A DNA stretch of 64,000 bases from the IMG/VR virus record IMGVR_UViG_3300044630_004883; one strand, 5' to 3'. Below the pieces are notes generated by a model, which did no database searches, was not told the origin of the DNA, and saw only the letters and a program-made list of their open reading frames with translations. Below, in pieces: positions 59,501 through 64,000 of the stretch; the stretch's first letter is position 1, and each line of letters begins with the position of its first letter. The position numbers were made by a program, and so were the translations under genes. The stretch is from an uncultured virus (IMG/VR IMGVR_UViG_3300044630_004883) (lineage: Duplodnaviria > Heunggongvirae > Uroviricota > Caudoviricetes).

Positions 59501-59516
59501 TTAATAATTGACTCAT
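47532..59516 (-). CDS. Giant repetitive virion fibre-like protein (3994 aa)
   Basis: N-terminal array of SGSVTASV...FSGSGAGLFNIP repeats, two long Gly-Ser/Thr tracts around a cupredoxin-like domain, and C-terminal TWPASVDWAGG...DILVFYTYDGGTTYYG typical of fibre tips. Confidence 0.85.
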   Translation of the reverse strand: MSQLLSGKVKVTLPQNVSEDRYEFLQLNEAEPNLGVPISGSLSSGSVALLASDEFGNRLFVTKLQFPEYSGSFSGSFQGDGSRLTNLPLVKDASRLISGSASASISPQTGFLVNVSSSFDGDMDINGDVRVTGDLYVNNRIVAREILVQIISSSIIFSSGSNRFGNSLVDLQEFTGSVSVTGSFDVNGEGRFSNNVYISNTASASFFEGDGSKLFNLPAAAESPRIVDGAVTASVNESYGFRLEGTTRAEFSSSLFVSGNIEIVSGSSFSGSGANLFDIPRAALTPDALLSAFITSGSVTASVNPNYGFRLEGTNRAEFSSSLFVAGNVTASMFTGSGAGLFDIPRAALTPDALVSPLIGSGSVTASVNPNYGFRLEGTNRAEFSSSVYVDGNVTASMFSGSGAGLFNIPRAALTPDALVSPLISSGSVTASVDPKSGFVVTSIESGSQFTGSLFVSGGISINSGSIFSGSGAGLFNIPRAALTPDALLSTFISSGSVTASVSPNFGFRVESQQSGSEFTGSVDVSGNVSASMFSGSGAGLFDIPRAALTPDALLSNLITSGSVTASVDPKAGFVVTSIQSGSQFSGSVRFRDNLIVAGNVTASMFTGSGAGLFNIPRAALTPDAQLSNIIASGSVTASVTPQNGFQVISVASGSEFTGSVRLRDNLNVRGTVTASMFSGSGAGLFNIPLSALAEQVAQATRIATGSVTASVGSNFGFKVESAQFGSEFTGSIDVSGSVTLKSGSFYSGSGEGLFNIPLSALSEEVINRNFIADGQVTASVDNINGFVVTSPLSGSTFKGSVYVTGSVNVSGSLFVSGGGIIQALTGSFFSGSGQGLLNIPRSALTEDALISTEIKSGSVTASVSPNIGFVVNSAQSGSEFTGSIDVSGSVSASLFRGDGSGLTNITIPVITDGNVTASVDDSNGFIVTSQAYGSQFTGSVRVNTFVTASEFRGNFAGDGSQITNIQISIIQDGEITASVSNENGFVVDSFKSGSTFYGNIIANNGIVSNDDIIANGNIQANIGSFFSGSGAGLTNIPLSAFAEEVIASTRIQSGSVTASVSPNFGFKVESLDSGSQFTGSVKVLGQVKILSGSGYFSGSGEGLTNIPRSALTEDALLSSFIVSGSVTASVAPNTGFVVISYQSGSTFFGDIQLATGSFSGSGARLFDIPKSAISDLDTSKIFSGSVTASTHPQNGFIVTSVVSGSTFFGDVQLVTGSFSGSGAKLFNIPRTALTPDALISTTITSGSVTASVAPNTGFVVTSIESGSKFFGNIELVTGSFSGSGRNLFDIPFSNLTGDSNRIASGSATASISPNLGLVVNTSASIDGDLNVAGAINATEINVTFINSEVIYSSGSNIFGDSLTDIQQMTGSVKITGSLTVDGVITGDGSGLFNIPQSALTEAATLIASGSVTASVNPNNGFVVTSIESGSTFSGSLFVSGGVSINSGSTFSGSGADLFNIPISAFSPDAQDAINSLLAIQSGILASGSVTASVSNEFGFKVESIDSGSQFTGSLFVSGGVELSSGSSFSGSGARLFDIPRAALTPDALLSNLIASGSVTASVTPDNGFVVTSIESGSTFSGSLFVSGNIEVVSGSSFSGSGENLFNIPLTALSTEAIEALISTEIKSGSVTASVTPDFGFVVVSAESGSEFTGSVDVSGSLYVTQTISSSIVKANELSGSFSGSFFGDGGGLTNISLANLSFDVYRLVSGSVTASVTPTEGFKVESLDSGSKFTGSIDVSGSITIDGIYTGDGSGLTNIDIANLAIDTSRIYTGSVTASVSTDGHFRVLDGTTLRAIKSEFSGSVYVSESIYVNKFIFGDGTFITNVTAAASPRISSGSVTASVSPNFGFKVESARSGSEFTGSVDISGSISASLFSGDGSGLFNIPLEALEDLQLVKINSGSGIAIIDPLKLDVNVPITASRFDGDGSGLFNIPANALQDLQLDRIISGSTQAVISPDKGFEVGTKTSISGSLSVSGGLFVTGGSVILSSGSSFVGDGSGLTNINIANLSFETSLLQSGSFTTVLSPNFGLVVNASASVSGNLSVEKNIYAPVIYGGQITGSFYGGYYGEGDAEDRDILIYDAARSKYVPVPESTPTTAEPFTNVTEVTVVHNFDVDYPIVQVYEAGTNGMIIPQAIIPLDSDRVRVVFSGLTSGVVVVGSGGSKISGAISGNNVIGIVPSASRAISAETADTALNVAGIDSASLALLNDLQNFVRNEQTSSMTVLSSSFALTASYALNAGEAGSGGTDLFIYYTSSLVQTETGKINFTGSGVSVIDSGSDGILVTILGGGGTGDGDLLSSQTASMYVFSSSFASIAEYALNAVGGGSGTGFPFEGYAALTGSLNVSGSLIVTGSTFIQNLPLGSTNLVVTYNPTTGRLEQQSIDAAVGTSGVDGTSGTGGTSGTGGTSGTSGTSGTSGSSGTSGTSGTSGTSGTSGTSGTNGTSGSSGTSGTSGTSGTSGTSATSGTSGTSGTSGSSGSSGSSGTSGTSGTSGTSGTSATSGSSGTSGSSGSSGSSGTSGSSGSSGTSGSSGSSGSSGSSGTSGSSGSSGSSGSSGSSGTSGSSGSSGSSGTSGTSGSSGSSGSSGTSGSSGTSGSSGSSGTSGSSGSSGTSGTSGSSGTTGTSGSSGTSGTSGSSGTSGREGGRLFEVINDGFNYAFDGYDDATFPTLTLVRGELFYFDVSGVSASHPFALRLSSGNTSVVDGTINNDPLNGLAGTTDLIAYRVPEDAPNNIVYQCAVHSSMIGIIEIVDKNGTSGTSGTSGSSGTSGTSGTSGSSGTSGTSGSSGTSGSSGTSGTSGTSGSSGTSGSSGSSGSSGSSGSSGTSGSSGSSGSSGTSGSSGSSGSSGSSGTSGTSGSSGSSGTSGTSGESGSSGTSGSSGTSGVDGTSGSSGTSGLDGTSGTSGTSGTSGTSGTSGTSGTSGTSGTSGTSGENGSSGTSGSSGTSGTSGTSGTSGTSATSGTSGTNGTSGSSGTSGSSGSTGTDGTSGSSGSSGTSGTSGSNGTSGSSGTSGTSGSTGTDGTSGSSGTSGTSGSNGTSGSSGTSGSSGSTGSSGTSGTSGSSGTSGTSGSNGTSGSSGTSGSSGSTGTDGTSGSSGSSGTSGVDGTSGSSGTSGSTGTDGTSGSYGTSGTSGLSGSNGTSGTSGLNGTSGSSGTSGSSGSSGTNGTSGSSGISGTSGTSGSSGSSGTSGSSGTSGTSGTAGTSGLDGTLFGSSGTSGSSGSTGTSGSSGTSGTSGVDGTFFGSSGSSGTSGTSGSSGTSGLSGSSGTSGTSGTSGQDGTFFGSSGTSGTSGVGTNGTSGSSGTSGTSGTSGQDGTFFGSNGTAGTSGTSGSSGTSGSSGTAGTSGTSGQDGTLFGSSGTSGTSGQSGSSGTSGLGTNGTSGTSGQDGTLFGSSGTSGTSGQSGSSGTSGLGTNGTSGTSGQDGTLFGSSGTSGTSGESGSSGTSGIGTNGTSGTSGQDGTLFGSSGTSGTSGESGSSGTSGLGTNGTSGTSGQDGTLFGSSGTSGTSGESGSSGTSGLGTNGTSGTSGQDGTLFGSSGTSGTSGESGSSGTSGVGTNGTSGTSGQDGTLFGSSGTSGTSGESGSSGTSGVGTNGTSGTSGQDGTLFGSSGTSGTSGESGSSGTSGITGTAGTSGTSGQDGTLFGSSGTSGTSGIGTDGTSGITGTAGTSGTSGQDGTLFGSSGSSGTSGVSGSNGTSGIGTNGSSGTSGQDGTLFGSSGTSGTSGLGTNGTSGLGTNGTSGTSGQDGTLFGSSGTSGTSGSSGLGTNGSSGTAGTSGLDGTLFGSSGSSGTSGMAGSSGSSGLSGTSGITGDGGSSGTSGSSGISATITGTTNNGVLTLNGSSPNITAESGLTYDGTLLDVTGNATISGNITGNNVTANTSVYTPNFRELFSNLGTGGSVTINLTTANNFRYTANANVTYTFSNPPSSPQGFGFTLVYVNGGNFTTTWPASVDWAGGIAPALTANGTDILVFYTYDGGTTYYGFLSAANLS
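48040..51250 (-). repeat. Coding Gly-X-Ser tract, about 1070 aa, with a 36-aa higher-order unit distally
   Basis: GTS/GSS triplets, and a GQDGTLFGSS unit with 108-nt period (e.g. 48685 and 48793). Confidence 0.95.
51590..52346 (-). repeat. Coding Gly-(Ser/Thr)-Ser tract, about 250 aa
   Basis: GTS/GSS triplets preceding the cupredoxin-like domain. Confidence 0.95.
53380..59230 (-). repeat. Array of ~60-75-aa coding repeats (SGSVTASVxPxxGFxVxS...FSGSGxGLFNIP)
   Basis: More than 20 copies visible in the translation. Plus-strand gatgcggtaactgaacc-like and accactaccactaaa motifs recur. Confidence 0.9.
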
Positions 59517-59538
59517 TTATGTTTTTTCAACTTAATTA

Positions 59539-60399
59539 TTACTCATTTGCACTTTCAAGAAGTGATAAAACTATTTTCAAATCGGTAGAACCTGAGAATA
59601 GTAATCCAAACTCTTGCTCTAATACTAATTTACCAGCCACTACGGGTGAAAATGAATCACTTTTTGGGATAGGATAGTTCCTTACTAACTCTACCGCCTC
59701 TTGCGTTTCTCTCACCGGGTCATAAATAGTATCCGATATAACAGTAAATAGTTGAGAAATAATTTCTTGTGACCCAGTTTCTGCAATTAAACCATAATTG
59801 AATGATTGGGTGAAAATTGTTTGATAAATTCTATCCACATTAACCGAACCAGTGATGGATTGGTTAATTAAAATTTGTTTTACTAATGTATCTGTATAAT
59901 TAATTGCTTCGTAAGATGCCGTTACCTGTCCAGTTGGAACTAACGTTTCACCATTTTTATTATAAAATGATAAAGCTGCTTTATTTGTTCGGATAGTACC
60001 CCCATTTTGAATATCATAAACTACCGCATTTACTGCAGTATCCACATATGCTTCATATCTAGATTGTGAAAATCCAAATGGAACTTCTGCTAAGTTATTA
60101 TTGAAGTTAGTATAAGCTGCTACTTCTTTTTTCAAAAATGTTAAATTTTGTTCTAAAAGCGCTGATGCGCTATACATACTTCCGGTGTTGATAATTCCAG
60201 CAACTTGTGGTACTGGTATTTCTCTATTCGAAGCTAATTTAATTGTTACTTCTTCAGTTTGATTACCATTATTGGTAACTTGAGTCGATAGTATAATAGT
60301 AGATACACCACTCGGAGTGGTGTATACTTGGTCTTCTTCACCGGTTAGTGTCGTTACTACCGATTTGAATGCGTTAAGTGGTACAAATACGTCTGCCAT
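59539..60399 (-). CDS. Virion structural protein: 45470-type domain split by one helical repeat
   Basis: N-terminal NAFKSV...VYTTPSG and C-terminal KLVLEQ...VLSLLES match 45470..45802. The middle (AVVYDIQNGGT...EAINY) matches the repeat of the upstream gene. Confidence 0.7.
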   Translation of the reverse strand: MADVFVPLNAFKSVVTTLTGEEDQVYTTPSGVSTIILSTQVTNNGNQTEEVTIKLASNREIPVPQVAGIINTGSMYSASALLEQNLTFLKKEVAAYTNFNNNLAEVPFGFSQSRYEAYVDTAVNAVVYDIQNGGTIRTNKAALSFYNKNGETLVPTGQVTASYEAINYTDTLVKQILINQSITGSVNVDRIYQTIFTQSFNYGLIAETGSQEIISQLFTVISDTIYDPVRETQEAVELVRNYPIPKSDSFSPVVAGKLVLEQEFGLLFSGSTDLKIVLSLLESANE

Positions 60400-60409
60400 A
60401 ATTTTATTT

Positions 60410-63400
60410 TTATCCTTCTAATGCTAATGAGAATGGTGTTACTAATGAGAACAATGAACGAGAGAATGTTCTACCTTGCAATGTTCCGGTTGCTTGATTA
60501 ATTATAAGCCCCGTACCAATTTTAAAGTCACCAAGCTCGTTACCAGATGTAAAGTAAACTCTACCTCCAGCCAATTCGGTAATTTCTTTCGTTGGGTCAG
60601 CAACTCCAGCTCCACCCTGGTTAAAAGGTAATGCCTTATAAGTTACTCCAGCTCCAGAATAAGAAAAGTCATGTCCAGTAGTAATTATCAAAGAACCAAA
60701 TTCTTCAACAGGAGCATTTCTCACTATTCTTTGGAATTGTGTTCTTAAATATCTATTAGTTTCAGCTGTTTCTTTCTTTTGTTCGTTTACAACTACTGCT
60801 GCTGAACCATATACCCCAGTATAATATGATGATGCTGCTCTAACACTTCTTAGATTTCCACCATATAATAAATCCGTTGCTATTGCATCTACAATAAATC
60901 CAGTATCTCTATAACACTTTTCTTCATTATAAACAAAGTTAGGAAATGCTCCAGCGGTATATGATATTGCGATTGATTGTAATGTTTTTTTACTTCCCCT
61001 TAATAAATCAACCGATAATTTTGTTTGGAATGATGGTCTTACTAATTGTTCTTTCAAAATTACCTTTTCAGCCATTCCCTTAGCAAAATCAATACCATCA
61101 ATTGTTTGTGGTTTTTGTTTAGTTGTTGCTTCCGATGGAATATAGTAATAAAACGTTCCAGCCTTAATACTTCTTTCATTTCCACCATAAACTAAATCCG
61201 TTCTAGCTGCATCTATAATATACCCAATATCACGAGAACAACTTGCTTCATTATAATAAAATTCACTCCAAGATGATGAAAGATATTGAATTACTTCAGT
61301 TTGGATGAATCTTTTATTTCCAATTAATAAATCAGCACCTACTAATACTGAAGCCGATGGTTGTACAAATTCTACATTTTGAATTACTTTTTGTGATAAT
61401 CCACTTGCGTATATTATACCATCAACAGTTGGGTCCAATTGAGAAGTTGTTGAAGGAACTCCATTTTGAGTAGCCGCAGATGGGAATAGATAATAGAATG
61501 AACCAGCGGTTACACTTCTCTCATTTCCACCATAATAAAGGTCAGTTGCAGCTGCATCAATTAAATAACCAACATCTCTCTTACACTTATCTTCATTATA
61601 ATAAACACCACTCCAAGAAGATGATACATAAGCGATTACCTCATTTTGGATAAACTCCTTATTATCTCTTAATAAATGCCAAGATGCAGATACTTCGTTT
61701 GAAGCAGTTACGAATTGAATATTTTGTGCTATTTTATTACTTAAACTAGCTGCGTATTTGATTCCATCTAATGTTTGATATAGTTGTGAACCAGTTGCCG
61801 CTGATGGGTATTCAAAATAGTATTTAGCATTTACTACTGATGCTGATACTGAACCAAATAGTAAATCTTCAATTGCCCCACTTACAATTAATCCCACATC
61901 TCTACTACAACTAGCTTCATTGTATGCGAATCCACTCCAAGAAGAACTAATATATGCAATTACCTCATTTTGGATAAATGGTATATTTGATTTTATTAAT
62001 GAATATGCTTGTAAAGTTCCAGAATCTATTAACGATGCAGTATATTGAGAAATGGCTGGGAGTGAACCCGTTCCATTTGTTATAGTATTCATTACTAATC
62101 CAAATGATGAACTTAATGCGTTTAATACATTAATATTAGATGTACCTGCTCCACTTATTTGATTACTATTAGTAAATTTAATATTATTATTAGTATTTGA
62201 AGTTACAGTTGGTACTTGTAATATATTATTTTGAATTAATTTGTTTATAATTGTTTTAACATATGATATTGCTTCAGTAGTTTCATTTAACTGAATAGTT
62301 GTAGCTTCAGATGGATATCTATAATAGTAATCAGCTGCTACAATACTTCTTTCGTTACCACCCCATAGTAAATCGGTTGCTATTGCATCTACAATGTAAC
62401 CAACATCTCTTCTACACTTAGTTCTATTGTAAGTAAAGTATGGATATACTGAATCTATATAATAAATTACGTTTGTTTGTATTAATCCTTTATTATCTAA
62501 TATTACATCATAATTTGCAATAGTTTCAGCACTTGCGGTTACTAATAAAGTATTTCTAACTATTTTATCAGCCAAACCAAATGCATGATTTACACCGGTG
62601 ATTGTTTGGTCGGATTGAACCGAAGTAGCTTGTGATGGATATAAGTAATAAAACTCACCAGCAGTTACACTTCTTTCATTTCCACCATATAATACATCGG
62701 TTGCTACTGCATCTACAATATATCCTACATCTCTCTTACATTTAGATTCAATATATTCAAATCCACTCCAAGAAGAACTCATAAATGAAATTACTTCGTT
62801 TTGGATTAATAATTTGTTATCTAATAATAAGTCATATGTAGTTTGTCTTTCTAATGAAGCAGTTACTAATGTTATATTATTAATTATTTTGTTAGTCAAT
62901 CTTTGTGCGTATGTTACACCATCAACCGTTGGGTATAATTGAGCATCAACGCTTGGGGATGAACTTCCACTAACAGTTGCTGCTGATGGGAATAGGTAAT
63001 AGAATGTTCCAGCGGTAATACTTCTTTCATTTCCACCATAGTAGAAATCAGTTGCTACTGCATCTAAGATATATCCAACATCTCTACTACAACTTGCTTC
63101 GTTATATTGAAAATTACTCCAAGATGAAGAAATATATGAAATTACTTCATTTTGAATTAATGGTTTGTTATCGATTATTAAATTTGTTACACCAATGGTT
63201 TGTAATGAAGCAGTTACAAAGATATTATTTTGTAATAACTGATTTACCATTCCTTTAGCGTAATTAATACCACTTAAAGTTGAATCTAATTGATTATTTT
63301 CAGATGGAACACCACCATTTGTTGCTCTTGATGGGAATAGATAATAGAATTCACCAGCTACTGAACTACGTTCATTTCCACCATATAAGGTATCAGTTGC

Positions 63401-64000
63401 TACTGCATCTAAAATATATCCAATATCACGAGAACAACTTATATCATTGTATAATACACCACTCCAAGAAGATGATACATAAGAAACAACTTCCGATTGA
63501 ATTAATGATTTATTTTCAACGATTAAATCATATGCGTTTGTTCTACTATCAGGTGCTAATGCAAATTGATTATTTACAACAATATTTTGAACTAATCGTC
63601 TAGCATAATTAATACCATCCAATGTTGGGTATAATTGTGCTGCGGTTGTTGGAGATACACTACCACTAACAGTTGCAGATGATGGATATTTGTAATAGAA
63701 TTCACCAGCGGTGTTACTTCTTTCATTTCCACCATATAATAAATCCGTAGAAACTGCATCAATTATATGTCCGATATCTCTTCTACATAATGATTCGTTA
63801 TAATCGAATGTACTCCAAGAAGATGATAAGTAAGCGATAGTTTCACTCTTAACAAATTCTCTATTTTTTCTAATCAAATTATAAGATGCCGAAACCTCCA
63901 TTGATGCGGTTTCAAAAATTATATTTTGAATTAATTTTTGTGTTAATTTACTTGCGTACTCAATACCATCTAATGTTTGGTTTATTTGAGTAGTTTCTGC
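60410..64000 (-). CDS. Large tandem-repeat (CxRDxGYxxDAxxxDLxxGGN) probable virion protein, 5'-truncated
   Basis: The frame stays open from 63901 to the window edge (AETTQINQTLDGIEYASKL...). Nine ~105-120-aa helical repeats, C-terminal GHDFSYSGAG...GRVYFTSGNELGDFKIG. Confidence 0.85.
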   Translation of the reverse strand, partial: AETTQINQTLDGIEYASKLTQKLIQNIIFETASMEVSASYNLIRKNREFVKSETIAYLSSSWSTFDYNESLCRRDIGHIIDAVSTDLLYGGNERSNTAGEFYYKYPSSATVSGSVSPTTAAQLYPTLDGINYARRLVQNIVVNNQFALAPDSRTNAYDLIVENKSLIQSEVVSYVSSSWSGVLYNDISCSRDIGYILDAVATDTLYGGNERSSVAGEFYYLFPSRATNGGVPSENNQLDSTLSGINYAKGMVNQLLQNNIFVTASLQTIGVTNLIIDNKPLIQNEVISYISSSWSNFQYNEASCSRDVGYILDAVATDFYYGGNERSITAGTFYYLFPSAATVSGSSSPSVDAQLYPTVDGVTYAQRLTNKIINNITLVTASLERQTTYDLLLDNKLLIQNEVISFMSSSWSGFEYIESKCKRDVGYIVDAVATDVLYGGNERSVTAGEFYYLYPSQATSVQSDQTITGVNHAFGLADKIVRNTLLVTASAETIANYDVILDNKGLIQTNVIYYIDSVYPYFTYNRTKCRRDVGYIVDAIATDLLWGGNERSIVAADYYYRYPSEATTIQLNETTEAISYVKTIINKLIQNNILQVPTVTSNTNNNIKFTNSNQISGAGTSNINVLNALSSSFGLVMNTITNGTGSLPAISQYTASLIDSGTLQAYSLIKSNIPFIQNEVIAYISSSWSGFAYNEASCSRDVGLIVSGAIEDLLFGSVSASVVNAKYYFEYPSAATGSQLYQTLDGIKYAASLSNKIAQNIQFVTASNEVSASWHLLRDNKEFIQNEVIAYVSSSWSGVYYNEDKCKRDVGYLIDAAATDLYYGGNERSVTAGSFYYLFPSAATQNGVPSTTSQLDPTVDGIIYASGLSQKVIQNVEFVQPSASVLVGADLLIGNKRFIQTEVIQYLSSSWSEFYYNEASCSRDIGYIIDAARTDLVYGGNERSIKAGTFYYYIPSEATTKQKPQTIDGIDFAKGMAEKVILKEQLVRPSFQTKLSVDLLRGSKKTLQSIAISYTAGAFPNFVYNEEKCYRDTGFIVDAIATDLLYGGNLRSVRAASSYYTGVYGSAAVVVNEQKKETAETNRYLRTQFQRIVRNAPVEEFGSLIITTGHDFSYSGAGVTYKALPFNQGGAGVADPTKEITELAGGRVYFTSGNELGDFKIGTGLIINQATGTLQGRTFSRSLFSLVTPFSLALEG

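Noticed and set aside
1..64000. Stop-codon reassignment as seen in some Bacteroidota phages
   Set aside because: The standard code gives dense, full-length genes including two ~12-kb ORFs. TGA and TAG both appear as plausible stops (95, 29784, 46186).
1..64000. tRNA, rRNA, introns, inteins or integrase
   Set aside because: Intergenic gaps are short and AT-rich with no cloverleaf seen. NrdB, helicase and RecA have normal lengths with no insertions. A tRNAscan or Infernal run would be needed to exclude small RNAs.

Overview
This AT-rich 64 kb window is a segment of a large contractile-tailed (T4-like/jumbo myovirus) phage genome. Nearly all genes lie on the minus strand and read in the standard code. 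The host is very probably a Bacteroidota: seven TT(T/A)G-N20-TAnnTTTG promoters, a type IX secretion C-terminal domain, Gln at +1 of six predicted signal peptides, and an Hc1-type protein all point that way. Layout, left to right: (1) 1-7.6 kb, nucleotide and replication genes (MazG fragment, SET-domain protein, NrdB, Hc1-like protein, DnaB/gp41 helicase, 5'-3' exonuclease, RecA, gp32-like SSB). (2) 7.7-16.4 kb, a cassette of exported proteins between two peptidoglycan enzymes: a cohesin-dockerin-T9SS scaffold, two CsgG-like paralogues, a predicted outer-membrane beta-barrel, a nested lectin-dockerin protein, two membrane proteins and a divergent HExxH peptidase. This is the best candidate for an undescribed system. 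(3) 16.4-21.6 kb, AdoMetDC-like protein, a large nuclease-like protein, a thumbless mini PolA and a GT2 glycosyltransferase. (4) 21.7-33.5 kb, baseplate, tape measure, tail chaperone with a candidate +1/-2 frameshift, tube and sheath. (5) 33.7-64 kb, two ~3,900-aa fibre-like proteins with very long Gly-(Ser/Thr)-Ser tracts (one with an embedded cupredoxin-like domain), and a 5'-truncated protein of tandem Cys-Xaa-Arg-Asp repeats resembling phycobiliprotein bilin-binding helices. All family calls come from motif recognition by eye; no database search was run.
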